Shown: piece after piece, positions 17,451 to 32,854 of the stretch
Layout: each line of letters begins with the position of its first letter
Position numbering within the stretch: the first letter of the stretch is position 1
DNA from: the human T2T-CHM13v2.0 reference genome, Homo sapiens
DNA: 64,000 bases
Assembly: GCF_009914755.1 (NCBI RefSeq)
Contig: NC_060925.1
Strand: one strand, 5' to 3'
Position numbers and translations under genes: made by a program
Notes under the pieces: model-generated
Database searches by the model: none
Told to the model about the DNA's origin: nothing
What the model saw: only the letters and a program-made list of their open reading frames with translations

Positions 17451-18198
17451 TCTGGTAGTGTATTAGTCCATTGTCACACTGCTAGAAAGAACTGCCCGAG
17501 ACTGGGTAATTTATAAAGGAAAGATGTTTAATTGACTCACAGTTCTGCATGGCTGGGAAGGCCTCAGGAAACGTACAATCATAGCGGAACTGGAAGTAAA
17601 CACATCATTCTTCACAGGGCAGCAGGAGAGAGAAGTGCCAAGCAAAGGGGGAAAGATCCCTTATAAAAACATCAGATCTCGTGAGAACTCATTCACTATC
17701 ATGAGAACAGCATTGGGGTAACTGCCCCCATGATTCAATTACCTCCCATCAGGTCCCTCCCACAACACGTGGGAATTATGGGGACTACAATTCAAGATGA
17801 GATTTGGATGAGGACACAGCCAAACCATATCAGGTAGTTATAATAATGACCCCCCAAGGATGTCTACATTCTTATCCCTGAAATCTATACATATGCTACT
17901 TTATGTGGCAAAAGGGACTTTGCAGATGTGATTAAATTAAGGATGTTGGGATGGGAGATTATCCAGTAGGTGACCCTAATGTCATCACAAGAATCTTTAT
18001 AAGAGGGAGGCAGGAGTGTCAGAGTCAGAGAAGAGGATGTGACAATGAAAGCAGAGATCAGAGTAAGAGACAGCTCCTCCAGAAGGAACACAGCTCTGAT
18101 GACCCATTTTAGACTTTGGACCTCCAGAACTGTGAAATAATAGATTGGTGCTGTTGTAAGCCACCAAATTTGTTACAGCAGCAATAGGAAACTAATCC
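17451..18198 (+). mobile_element. MLT1D-like MaLR LTR (internally deleted), hosting THE1
   Basis: ATGTGGCAAAAGGGACTTTGCAGATGTGATTAAATTAAGG...TTGTTACAGCAGCAATAGGAAACTAAT. Confidence 0.8.
17459..17832 (-). mobile_element. THE1 (C/D-like) solo LTR
   Basis: TGTATTAGTCC...CCAAACCATATCA termini; 5-bp TSD GGTAG at 17454-17458 and 17833-17837. Confidence 0.93.
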
Positions 18199-18307
18199 AG
18201 GCAGTGTAGATGGTACCTTCATTCTTCACATTGAGCAGCAAAGGTTTTTCTAACTAACTTTTGGTTGGTTGCATGAGTAATGTTCTGTCTCCACAACAGT
18301 ATAATTT

Positions 18308-18725
18308 GTGTTAGTTGAGTTAACAGTAGCTGCTTTTGCAAAGAGACTGCAATGAAGAATGACTTAAAGAATATTGATGCTGTTTCGCATGTAACACTCT
18401 GCAGTGAGTGTTTGAGGCCAGCAAGTGGTTCCACTCCATAGTTATTCAGAGAACTAGGCTAATGGTAGCTTGGCCACTTCAATGAGTGACTTCCAAGACT
18501 GCTAACTGCATTGAGCAGGCAGCCCTGGTCATGCTATGACAGCTACCAGGAAGTGGGGAGTTTTAGAAGGCAGTGGAAGAGGCCAACCTCACTTGGACAG
18601 AACGTGGTCACAAGGCCACACTAGATGCAAAGAGGTCTGGGCAGCCACATTCCAGTCAGAAACTATTACCATGGATGGAAGAAAGAAAGAGCAGATTTTG
18701 GGGGGCACCCAGCCATCTCTGTCAC
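18308..18725 (-). mobile_element. Old MLT1 (J/K-like) LTR
   Basis: GGTCACAAGGCCACACTAGATGCAAAGAGGTCTGGG...CAGCCATCTCTGTCACA. Confidence 0.55.
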
Positions 18726-19369
18726 ATCTGGTCCCATTCTGACCTTTAGACTGCTAGTTTCTCAAAGCAAGGACTGCGCTTTTGCTCACCCATTGTATCC
18801 CCAGTAGTTGGCACAAGCGTTTGATACATGGTACGTGCTCAAAACCTATATGTTGAATGAATGAAGGAGTAAATGAGTACATAAAAGGACAAATGGACTT
18901 TTCTTTAATAGCTGTGTGACTTCAAGCCCATCTCTTCAGCTCCCTAAACCTTCACCTCCTCATCTAGAAAATGGGCCTAGAAATGCAGGCTCTGCTTGCG
19001 TCCCAGTGTTGTTTTGAAGACAAAATATAATCATAAGAAAAAAACTTAAAAAAAATATTTCTCTGCAGTTTACAGAAGCACTTTCATATCTTTGGTCTCA
19101 CTTGAGTCCCATGAACTTGGGGGATGCTGTTATTTGTTATCCCCATTTTGATGGGGGAACAGGCCGAGGGGGACTGAGTGCATGTGATCAGTGTGAAGCG
19201 CCCATTAGCATGTTGAGGCAGATGGACATGGGGGTTGTCACGCTCAGGCTTGTTTCCTAGACAGCTGTGCTGTACGAGTTCTGATTCTGTGTAGATTCAG
19301 TCAGAGGTACTTGCCAGAATAAACAGGCTCACTCTGTTACAACTGTGCTGTCATAAAAAAGGAAGAGCA

Positions 19370-19691
<322 letters not shown>

Positions 19692-22600
19692 CTACAGAGT
19701 CCTTAAGTTATTATTAGATGACCCTGTGTCATTTTCTATAGAGCAAAACCAGACTTCAGCGCTCTCCACAGAATCTTAGCCGTCATACTGGTCCAAATTC
19801 CTCTTGGTCCAGACAGTGGAGGTACTTTTCTGAGGTTGCACTACTCCTAGAGTGACTACCGATCCTAATTTGCACTGAAATTCTCCCCTCCCAGGAAACT
19901 CCTGAGTCCTGAGCAAGTCAGGATGATTGGTCACTCACAATGGGTAGGTAAATGTTTTCAGATTCCCAAGTCTCCCTGATTCCAGAATACTACTTGTTAA
20001 CCACACTGGCACTAAATGTAATCACGAGTTAGCTACTTTGCCCCTCCAATCTTAAATTTTCTCATCTGTAAAATACAGAGAATAATACTGAACTCAAAGA
20101 AATGTTGTATGGATTAATTCAGAAAATGCATATAAAGTGCTCACTAGATTATAGATACCATGACTATTATTATTACTTACCAGGACTAGAAGCAGGTTAT
20201 CCTAGCCATCCAACTAACTCTCTATTACCCTTGGTGGTCTCTGGTAGGATTAATAAATCATCATTATGGGAATTTTCTGTACATGAAATAAAGATGTCAT
20301 ATTATAATTGGAAATTTTTGTAAACTTATATGCCCCCCCACAAAAAAAGTGTAGTGAACGAAAAGTTTTTGCTGTCTATACTAAAAACCTCACCTTCCAA
20401 GAGGAATTTAGTCTATAGCTGAGCTATACCCAAATGATTTCTTTTTTAGATGGTGAGAACAAGCTGCTATCAAGTACACTATAAAATGGAAGGATTTAGA
20501 TGATTCTGGCACCAAGGGTTTAACTAATGTTTATGGCAGGAGGGAATGACTGTATTTCTTATATCATATTCAGTTACGTATAATAAAGTCTATTTTGGAT
20601 CTAGCTACCCTCTGACCATGTTTTTCTGTTGTTGCTGCTCCTGTCCATGCAAATATGCTCTATGGCATTATATAGAGAGAAGAACAAAATCTGGCATTTC
20701 ATGCTAGATTTAGAAGCTGCCTGTTCCCCTGTTGTAGTGCTCTGAGGGGGTGTTTGAACTCTGAAACCCTGAAGACTGAGTCCCTCAAACAGACTCTCTC
20801 TGTATCTCAGTGGGAAACTCTCTGCTTCTCTTCTTCAGTTTCTTCAGCTGTAAACAGGAATCCAAATAATTCCCTCTAGCCCAGGGATTCTTTGAGCTGG
20901 TCTGTAAAGTTACAGAGAGATGAAAAACCCTGTAGTGACAATGCATGCCTAGTGTTGCTGTGAATCTATAGCTCAGAGTTCCATGAAATTAAAATTAAAA
21001 AAAAAAAAAAAGATACAGCATCCAAGAGGAAAAGCCCAATGTTCTCTCTGCTCAAACTGTGGTGGTTTGTGCATAAATGTGGGGAATCAATTTCTGTGCA
21101 AGTTCCTAGGGTGATCTTGTAAATGTTTTTCTCCTCTTTTCTTTAAAGGCAGTCCTCTCAGTTTGTTTTTTTTTGTTTTGTTTTGTTTTTTTTTTTTTTT
21201 TTTTTTTAGGATTCCCTACACACATCTCTCCTTTTTTTTTGTAATAAAGAAAAAAAAATGAATACAGCTTCCTTGCTCATTGTGGAGAACAAATCTGTAT
21301 CTCTTTGGAAGCTTGTTGATCAAAAGATTTCTGTCATCTGTGTGTAGTACTTTTCTCTGAGGGGAAAAGGCAGAGTAATCAAGAATGCTTCTCTTCTGAG
21401 AGGAAAACAGATGTACTGTGTGTGTAATGGGACTATGTTTTAAAAACAAAGTCAAGAGCCCTGGAGAATGATAATAGTGATCTCTCTGAAAATGTGTGGA
21501 GATGATGGTAGCTGGAAAAGATATCCCCACATTCCAGAGTTTTTGGTGTCTGTGGCAGAAAGCAGAAGAAATGTGTCAATAAAAATCTGGCACTTATTAG
21601 AGAGATAGGGAAGTCTGGAGTAAATAGTGGACTCTGAGTACAACAAGAAAAGGAAAATAGAAACATTTCTGTACCCCGATACCAACTTCTACCTTGGGTC
21701 TGGTGGTACCTGTGTTTATTATTTAAAATTTATAACAGGTATCCTTAAAATGATCATTGGATTTTGAGGAGCTCCCTTCCCGGCTTGATAGTGTTTACAA
21801 ATCACACCAGACAATCAATAGATCTTTAACTCCATTACTAAAAAGTAATAATAGAAAATGGGTTTTGTATATAGTACATTTTCTCTGGGGGAATGAAATC
21901 CAGAATAATATTGACCACAAACATTTCACTGTTTAACAAAACAAAAATTGTAGAACACAAAGAATCAGCTGATTCTCCTCCCATGGGTGGCTCTTCCGTA
22001 GTTGTGTATAACTGTCTAGGGCAATTATTCTCATAGTAACCTGTTTAATAGTGGCAAAATCCAGTATAATCAGAATACTTAAAACTTTAGGTTATTCTTT
22101 GTGTTTTGTAGTTATGAGGACAGACAAATGGGAATATGTATCTGTTTCCAGAATTTGGTTTCCAAACATGTTTTTAGATTGGATAGTACTATATAGTTTC
22201 ATTGCAGGCTTCCTGATTCAATGTTTACATTGAAAGAGGAAAAATATTTTGTACTGACAGAGAATCAAGAGCAGATGTACTCCAAGGTCTCAAGCACACG
22301 TTTTAACTTAATTTGTATGCAGTGATGGACTATCTCAGAGCCGAAAAGTGATCTGTATTCACTAATTGTAGGTGGTTTGGTAGGTTTTGCATATAAAAAT
22401 AATGTTTGATGTGTTACTGCTGTTGGGTTTCCCCTCTCTCTTCCTGTGTTTTGTGTGTTTACTTCATGGGCTCATTTAAGGTTGAATGTGGAGCTATCTC
22501 AAGTCCTAGGCTGCACTGGTTTTTACACCCATAAGTTTCCTTAGGAAATTTAATGTGGCTCTTAAATTCCACTGTTGGAGCACAGGTCCGTGGAAACAGG

Positions 22601-22932
22601 GCAGTTGCCAGGTAAATTTGATTAAGTTAGAATGTCACGTTGGATTATTTGAGAGTCAGGACCTCCAAAATATATCCACTTTGGTGTTAAAAAAAAAAAA
22701 AAAAATCCTGACTGCATATCTACATTGCTGTAACATGCCGGAAGGTTGCCAGATCTCCACTTCAATTGGTGTGTGTATAAACTGCTTACATACGCAGCCT
22801 AAAGGGAGTGATTTCTGTTGAGTGGTTGGCCGAATGTCAACACAGCTAATTGTCATTTCTAGATAACAAATCATAAACACGGTTGGTCCCTAGAAATGAA
22901 GGTTAACTGCATGGGGCAGAATGGTGTAAAAC

Positions 22933-23283
22933 GTGGGTTGCAAAAATCAATGCCTGCAGAGGCTAGGTTCCTGTGATAATGAGTGAGGTGGGCCTGGTGT
23001 CAAGGCGTGAGGAAATGATGGGGACTGTGAGGATCTGAGGGGACCCGCCTCATCTGAAGGGGCACCTGCTCCTCAGCTCTGGCTCTCCCTTGCCCTTCCT
23101 CCATGAGGGCTCCGTGTTGCCTGATCTGTTAATTTTTTGCAAAACAAGCAGGAAATTCAGACTTTTATTTGAAATTTCTCAAACTCTAAATGTTGGCTTG
23201 AATTTCTTAAAACACAATGCACTCAGAGTCTAAAGACTTCAGAAGGCCATATATGGCCACTGGCTGCCATTTTGAGACCCCTG
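22933..23283 (+). mobile_element. MER102-like hAT-Charlie non-autonomous DNA transposon
   Basis: Starts GGGTTGCAAAAATCAATGCCTGCAGAGG and ends GGCCATATATGGCCACTGGCTGCCATTTTGAGACCCCTG (hAT-Charlie TIR-like). Confidence 0.55.
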
Positions 23284-23799
23284 AATTAGGCGATTCTTTG
23301 AGAAGAAAAGAACCTCCTGACTTCCCACTTACAGGCTTTTTAGCTTTTTTTTTCCCCCAGAAACCTCAGTGGGTGTTTTTTTTTATAACAGAACACTGGA
23401 CTAGGAGTTGGGAGGCTGGATATGCCAACTCTCCATTTCCTAACTTCATGACCCAGGGCAAGCCCTTAATTTCTTACATCCTTGGCTTTATAAATCTATC
23501 AATTCATAATATATATTTCACTACTATCTCACAGATTAAATTCACCCAACTGATATTTATTGAAAATGTACTTGAGCATATCCTATTTTATTTAACCCTC
23601 AAGAAGTCTTTATGAGGTAGATATTTCTAACATATGTGTAGAGATAAAGAAACAGATTCTGCAAACTAAGGAAATTGCTCAAGGTCATAGAGCTAATTGG
23701 TGATGGAGTGGAAATTCAGACCAGACCTTCTGATTTTTAGTTCTGCTTTCCATTGCAAAAGCAATTCTTAAAATAGATAAAAAGCTAAAATCCATTTAA

Positions 23800-23841
23800 A
23801 TCATCATCATCATCATCATCAACAACAACAACAACAGCAAC
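23800..23841. repeat. Compound (CAT)n(CAA)n microsatellite
   Basis: ATCATCATCATCATCATCATCAACAACAACAACAACAGCAAC. Confidence 0.9.
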
Positions 23842-24005
23842 ATTATTTTGCCCTTTTCTTATCCAGCCTCTAAATACTGACTTTATAAACAGAACCTGAC
23901 CAGGTCAAGCTACTATATCTCGATAGGTCTCAATGTTCTTAACTCTTAAATGGCAGGAGCAAAACTTGAGCAGAGGCAAATTTGCATTTTGAGGGCTGTA
24001 TTTAG

Positions 24006-24331
<326 letters not shown>

Positions 24332-25762
24332 ATGCATTTTTTTTAAAAGCAGGTTATTTATATATAGCTGACATAATATAAAGCAACATATTTTAAGTGT
24401 ACACTTTGATAAATTTCATCACATGAACACACCCATAAAACCATCGCCACAATCAGGATAATGAACATATCTATCACCCCCAAAAGCTTCCTTATGACCT
24501 TCTGTGATCCATCTGTGTCTCTCCACACCTTGTCCCCAGGTCACCATGGATCTGTTTTCTTTCGCTATACATTTATTTGTTTTACACAAATGGGATCATA
24601 TAGAATGTACTTTTCTTTATGTCTGGCTTCTTTCAATAAGCTTAAATATTTTGCTATCCATGCTATGGTGTATATCATTATTGGTTCATTTCTTTTGATT
24701 GCTGAGTAGTATTCCACTATATGAATGTACCATAGTTTGTTATTCACTCACTTGTTGATGAACATTTGGGTTGTACCAGGTTGGGGCTATTAAAAATATA
24801 GCTGCTATGACCATTTGTGTATATGTCTTTGTATGAACATATCCTTTCATTACTCTGGAGAAAAAGCCTAGGAGTGATTTGGCTGGGTCCTATTGTAGGT
24901 GTGTATTTAACCTTGTAAGAAACTGCCAAAATATTTTTCAAAGTTCTACCATCTTAGTTTCCCACCAGCAGTGTAAGAAGAGTTCCAGTTTCTCCCAATT
25001 CTTGTCAACACTTGGATGCAGTCTTTTTTTCCATTCTAATATGTAAGCAGTGTACCTTATTATAATTTTAATTTGAAGTTCCTTAATAATTAATGATGTT
25101 GAGCATCTTTTCATGTGTTTATTTGCCATCTGTATATCTTCTTTGGAGATGTATCTGAGTCTTTTGCTTATTTTTATTGTGTTGTTTGTTTTTTAATTAT
25201 TCCTTGAGTTTCACAGTTTTAGCTTTTACATTTATGCTTTAATTTATCTCAAGTTAATTTTTCTTTATGCTATGGAGTACAGATTAAGGTTCATTTTTTT
25301 CCCAGTTGGTTCAGCATAATTTGTTAGACTTTTATTTTTTCATTGAATTATATTGGTGCCTTTGCAGAAAAATCATTGTCTATATATGTGTGATCCTATT
25401 TCTGTACTCTGTATTCTGTTCTATGGATACACTTTTCTGCCTTTATGGCATATTTATAGTATTGAATCTTTTAAGGTGTATATAGCTCTCCCCTTATTTA
25501 GGTCTTCTTTCATGTCTGTCAATAATATTTTGTAGATTTTCAGTGTAGGGGTCTTTTTAATTCTTTCATAAACTTTATTTGTAGGTTCTTTATGGTTTTT
25601 GGTGCTATTGTAAATAAAATTTATTTTAAAATTTTATTTCCAATTGTTTATTGCTAATATATAGACATATGATGGATTTTTGTATATTGAACATGTATCC
25701 TGAGGCCCTGCTAAATTCACTTATCAATTTAGTAGTAGGGTTTTAAAAATGTTGTTGTGTTA

Positions 25763-26052
25763 GGCCATGTGAGGTAGGTCACACCTAATTCTGGCATTTT
25801 GGGAGGCCAAGGCAGGAGGATCACTTGTTGCCAAGAGTTCAAGACCAGCTTGGGCAGCAAAGCAATACCCCTTCTCTATTAAATATTAAAAAAAAAATTA
25901 GCCAGGTGCAGTGTGGCCCGTGCCTGGAGTCTCAGCTACTTGGGAGGCTGAGGTGGGAGAATCCCTTGAGCCCAGGAGTTTGAGCTGCAGTGAGCTGTGG
26001 TCACACCACTGTACTCCACCCTGTGTGACACAGCGAAACCCTGTCTCAAAAA
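25763..26052 (+). mobile_element. AluJ followed by a (CA)n tail
   Basis: TSD AAAATGTTGTTGTGTT on both sides (~25746 and ~26091); (CA)n at ~26055-26080. Confidence 0.9.
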
Positions 26053-26366
26053 GAACACACACACACACACACACACAACACCAAAACCCCAAAATGTTGT
26101 TGTGTTGTTTCTTTTGAATTTTCTGCGTCCACTATCATTACCTACAAAAAAAAAAATAGAATTTTACTACTTTCTCAATATTTTTGCCTTTTATTTCTCT
26201 TTCTTGCCTTATGCAACACATGCATGACATGGCGAATACCTCCAGTGTGATATTAAATATAAATGGTGAAAGTTTACATCCTTTGCCTTGTCCCTTACAT
26301 TATGTGGACCATTTTTAATATTTCACCATCAATTATGATGTTAACTCTAGGTTTTCCTTAGAAGCC

Positions 26367-26652
26367 ATTTTTATTTTTAAGGCAGCCTCTGTCACACAGG
26401 CTGGAGGGCAGTGCGTGATCTTGGCTCACTGCGATCACCACCTCCTGGGTTCAAGCAATTCTTGTGCCTCAGCCTCCCAAGTAGTTGGGATTACAGGTGT
26501 GCACCACCACGCCCGGCTAATTTTTGTATTTTTAGTAGAGACAGGGTTTCACCATGTTGACCAGGCTGGTCTCAAACTCCTGGCCTGAAGTGATCTGCCT
26601 GCCTCAGCCTCCCACAGTGCTGGGATTACAGGCATGAGCCACTGTGCTTGAC
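26367..26652 (-). mobile_element. AluS
   Basis: Alu consensus match. Confidence 0.92.
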
Positions 26653-28329
26653 CCCTTTTATCAGATTTTTCAGAGGTTCTCTTGTATTTCTAGTTTTATG
26701 GGAACTATTTTAAAATATATAAATGGGTGCTGGATTCTTTTTCAAGTGCTATTTTGCAGTCATCATTGGGTGATTTTCTTTTCTTGAAACGTCTTTTATC
26801 ATAATGTTTTGGTGTTTGGGACATAGAAGCTTATACAACGAATTAGGAATTGTTCCCTCCTTCTCTCTTTTGTGAAAGAGTTTGCCCAATGTTGGAATTA
26901 TTTCTTCCTAAAATACTTGATAGAATTCACTTGTAAAGTCATCTGGGCTAGGGATTTTCCTTGTGAAAATGTTTTAAATTAAGATTTCAATTGTCTTTTA
27001 TAGGTACATAGCTATTTATGTCTTTTATTTATTCTTCTATCTATCCATTGTGGTGAGTTGTGTTTTTCAAGGAATTTGTCCATTTCATCTACAACTTTAT
27101 GTGTTGGCATAAAGTTATTCATAATAGTCCCTTGTTGTCCTCTATTGTCTGTAGACCCTGTGGTTATAGTCTCTCTCTCTCATGCCCTATGTTGGTAATT
27201 TGTGGGTTTTTTTCTCCTCTTACTTTCTTTGATATCACTAGGAGTTTCCCGATTGTATTAATATTTTCAAAGAACAAACTTTCATCTTTGTTGATTTTTG
27301 TTTATTATTTACTTGTTTTCTATTTCATTAAATTTTCTTCTTATCCTCATTACTTTCTTCTGCTTATTTTGGATTTGCTTTGCCCTTCCTTTTTAAACTT
27401 GCTAATATGGATACTTAAATCATGATTTTAGCTCTTTCTTGTTTTCTAATATAAATATTTAAAATCATGAATTTTCCCCTTCATACCACTTTAGCTGCAT
27501 CTCTCAAATTTCAATAGGCTATGATTTCCTTATCATTTAGTTTACATATTTTCTAATTTTTCTTGTGAATTATTCTCTGGTTCCAGAGTTATTAAAAATG
27601 TCGATTAATTTTTAAATGTAGATGGATTTTCTACATATCTTTTTGCTATTGATTTCTAATTTACTTGACTTGTGGCCAGAGAATATAGTCTATGATTTCA
27701 ATCTTTTGAAATTTACTGAGACATTGTATGGCTTAGCAGATGGTCTATCTTGATGAATGTTATGTAAGTGCTTGAAAAGAATGTGTGTTCTTTAGCTGTT
27801 GGATGTAGCGTTTCATAAACATCTACGAAATCAAGTTAATTGATAGTGTTCCCATCGCTTACATACTTACTGATTTTCTATATTCTTGCTCTATCATTTA
27901 CTGAGAGAAAAGTACTCAAGTCTCCAACTGTGATTGTTCATTTTCTATTCTCCCTTTACTTTTGTCAATTTTTGCTTTTTAAGCTCTATTTTTAGGAACA
28001 TACATATAAACACACGAAAATTTAGGATTTTTATGTGATCTTAATGAATTGATTTTTAACTCTTTGTCTTCTTTCTTTTTGTGTTTTTAACAGTGTCTCT
28101 TTTTAATTTTATTTTAAAAATTCTAAGTTGACACATAATAGTTGTACAATTTATGGAGTACATAGTGATGATGTGATACATGTAATGTACTGTTCTCTCT
28201 GATGATATTAGAGCTACGATAGTTTTTTAAATGATTACTGTTTGTATGGTACATCTTTTTTTATGCTTTTGCTTTCAGCCTATGTCTTTATATTTCATCT
28301 ATATGATCTCTTGAATGCTGCACATAGAA

Positions 28330-29230
28330 CCTGTACTTCCCCTCCCAATAACCTTGGACTCTGCTCCCATTGAAAGAACCCTTCCACGAAGCTCACAACA
28401 AGACCCCATCAAATTTGAAAGCTATACCTGCAGTCCATCCAGTTACTTAGATTCCTCATGCCAAGAGACCCATCACTGAATAAAGGAATTACCATCCTTG
28501 CAAGAGTAATTACCCCAATCATCAGCAAGGGGATGCTGTTTTTTGGACAGTAATTCTTTGCTACACATGGCATGACCACACAGAACCTTTAGAGATCTAT
28601 CCTGTGATTCTCTGATTGATGGTTGCCATTAATTTCATATAACATCTTTCCCCACTGCAGACACCCTCCAATAACAAAGGGGCTCCTGGCTTAAATGGGC
28701 CAAAGCAGCAACAAGTTGGACAACAACTCATACCATGGCTTGGTTCTGTGGAAGAGCTTTTTCTTTAATGCACTCGCTGTGTCATAGGGAACTTCTTCTG
28801 AGCGTCTGACCTTTCATTTACTCAGTGTATTCTGGGTCAGAAAACTGGTCCTGGCCTAGAACCGATAAACTACCGTGATATTTTACTAGGGAAGCTGTCT
28901 TCCACCTCCTTGATTTCTTTTAGCCAAATGGTTTGAACAATGCCCTTGTTGGCTGCCTACACATCCATATATCTTGCCCCTAGGAATGCTGTGTTCTATT
29001 AATATCTCCAGGCTACCCTGGTGGCCTCTCCAATCTCACTGCTCATCACATTGATTGTGTCCATGCTGCTTTCACCTGGCCTTTATTTTGGGATATTATC
29101 ATCCTTATTACTATTAGCAATCCCAGTTTCATAACAGCATTTCCTACCTTAAGCTCTGGCCTGGCCTACAGAGGAGAGCCACTACTGAGCTTCTCAGTGA
29201 TGCCAGCGTCCTCCCATAATCCAGTCCGCT
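28330..29230. mobile_element. ERVL/MaLR internal-region remnants: dUTPase-like piece (+) and gag-like piece (-)
   Basis: Plus ~28485-28540 resembles GITILARVI... (ERVL GVTVLAGVIDPD). Minus ~29060-29215 resembles ERVL gag ASLRSSVVALLCRPG...VGNAVMKLG. Confidence 0.5.
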
Positions 29231-29829
29231 TTTCCACATCTATTTCGTGATTTCAATGCTTTCAATATTTAGCTTCATGACCTTAAATAACATATAGCTA
29301 CATCTTAATATTTCAGTGGCAGGTATTACCTATTGACTTTCCACTATAAAATATGACCTCTCTTTTACAACCACCACCACCACCACCACCACCACCATAC
29401 ACTTCCCATCCTTCTGTGCTCCCATTATAATTAGATCATAATTTTGGTTAGATTCAGTGTTTATAATAGTATGTCTATGCAATCTCTATCGACAGCTAAG
29501 CCATGTAATATACTATGTTTACATTTGTCTTTTTTGTATAACTTCTTGTATTCCATGGAACTAATAATTGTCTTATATTTGTGTTTGTTTAGTGATATCT
29601 ATATGCTCATTACTACTTCATTCCAAAACTCTTCCTCAAAAGTGAAAGTCTCTTTCAGGCCTAAATCCATCTAATAGTCTATTCAATGGTGACTTCTCTC
29701 CCAGAGCCTTAGACCTGTTCCAATCTTGGCTAATTTTCTCTAATTTGTTATTTTGGTTTCTTCCTGGAACCTCCCTTCCTACTTATCACTTTGGGAATTT
29801 CCTTCACTTATCTTTTTCCTCGATTTCAT

Positions 29830-29860
<31 letters not shown>

Positions 29861-30156
29861 GGTGGGGGAAAGTGTTGCTTTCTTGAGTAGCTAGTTTATC
29901 CTGTTAGTGTCTTTAGAAAGGGTGTATGGTAGGCTGAGATCTCCATATCTGAATCCTTGAAACTTGTTAGTATGTTATCTTATACAGCAAAAGAGACTTT
30001 GCAGATGTGATTAAAGTAAAAATCTTGTGATGGTGATATTATCCTGGATTATCCAAGTGGGTCCTATGTAATTTGAAGAGTCCTTGTAAGAGAGAAGGCA
30101 TTGTGAAGATGGAAGCAGAGAGAGTTGAAGATGCTACACTGCTCGTTTTGAAGATA

Positions 30157-31296
<1,140 letters not shown>

Positions 31297-32223
31297 GTAA
31301 ATTTTGACACAGGTATATACCTGTGAAACATCATCACAATCAAGATAATGAACAAATCCATCACCCCCATAAATGAATGTCTCTATGCCCATCTGTCATT
31401 CATCCTTCCATTTCTTTGACCCCAGGTAAACAATGACCTATTGTTTGGTCACAGTAGATTAGTTTGCATTTTCTAGAATTTTATATAAATGAAATCGTGT
31501 AGTATATATTCTTTTAAAACTCTAACTTCTTTCACTCAGCATAATTATTTTGTTATTCAACTACACTATTACATACATTATAATTTATTTATTGTGTTTG
31601 CTGAGTTTTATTATATGTCTATACCAGAGTTTTTCCACTCACTTGTTGATGAACATTTGGGTTGTTTCCAATTTTTGGGCCATTACACATGTAACTACTG
31701 TGTATTTTCATGTGTAAGTCTTTGTGTGGACATATGCTTTCATTTCCCTTGGGTTAATACCTAGGAGTGGAATGGCTGGATTATATAGTAGATATAGATT
31801 TAGCTTTTAACTGCAAAACTGTTTCCCAAAGTGTCTATACCATTTTATATCCTCATTAGCAATATATGAAAGATCCAGTTGCTCCACATCCTGGCCAAAA
31901 CTTGATATGGGTTATCTCTTTAATTTTAGTCACTGTATTAGGTATATAGTAGTTTCTGATTATGGTTTTAATTTGCATTTCCCTGATCATTAATGTTGTT
32001 GAGCATCTTTAAATGTATATTTTTTGCCATCCATATATCTTCATTGGTGGTGTCACTTCAATTATATTGCCCATTTTTAAAAGTCAGGTTTTTAGTCTTC
32101 CTATCATTGAGTGGTTAAGAGTTCTTTGTATGTTGCAGATGTAAGTTCTTAGTCAGACATAAGTCTTTAAAATATTTTCCCCTAGTCTGTGGCTTACCTT
32201 TTTATTTGTATAGCAATTTCATG

Positions 32224-32448
32224 TTTTTTTTTTTTTTAATTTAAGTTCTGGGATACATGTGCTGGACGTGCAGGGTTGTTACATAGGTATACATGTGCCA
32301 TGGTGGTTTGCGGCACCTATCAACCTGCCATCTAGGTTTTAAGCCCCGCATGCATTAGGTATTTGTCCTAATGCTCTCCCTCCCCTTTCCCCCAACCTCC
32401 AATGGGCCCCGGTATATGATGTTCCCCTCCCTGTATCCATGTGTTCTC
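32224..32448 (-). mobile_element. 5'-truncated L1PA (PA7/PA8-like) 3' end
   Basis: TAAGTTCTGGGATACATGTG...AGCCCCGCATGCATTAGGTATTTGTCCTAATGCTCTCCC after a T tail. Confidence 0.88.
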
Positions 32449-32506
32449 AAACAATGTCTTTTGAAAAGCAAAAGATTTTAATTTTGAATAAGTCCAGTTT
32501 ATCAAG

Positions 32507-32854
32507 TCTTCCTTCCTTCCTTCCTTCCTTCCTTCCTTCCTTCCTTCCTTCCTTCCTTCCTTCCTTCCTTCTTTCCTTCCTTTCTTCCCTCCTTCTTTGT
32601 CTCACTCTGTCTGACACCATCTTGGCTCACTGCAACCTCTACCTCCTGGGCTCAAGTGATTCTCCCATCTCAGCCTTTTGAGTAGCTGGAACTACAGGTG
32701 CCCACCACCACACCCAGCTACTTTTTGTGTGTTTTTGTAGAGATAGGGTTTCGGCATGTTGCCCAGGCTGGTCTCAAACTCTTGAGCTCAAGCAATCTGC
32801 CCACCTCGGCCTCCCAAAGTGCTGGGATTATAGGCATGAGCCACTGTGCCTGGC
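32507..32854 (-). mobile_element. Alu (J-like) with (TTCC)n tail
   Basis: Alu body; (TTCC)n at ~32509-32580; near-TSD TTATCAA. Confidence 0.9.

Larger units (their letters stand above)
24345..28310 (-). mobile_element. Old LINE-1 (L1ME/L1MC-type) 3' end plus ORF2, interrupted by two Alus
   Basis: Minus-strand ORFs MANKHMKRCSTSLIIKELQIK and NKLWYIHIVEYYSAIKRNE are L1 ORF2p C-terminal motifs. Confidence 0.85.

Noticed and set aside
20995-21260. A-run, long T-run ending in TAG, then AATAAA plus A-run (possible retrocopy or terminal exon)
   Set aside because: No TSD, ORF or recognisable parent; most simply independent homopolymer tracts.
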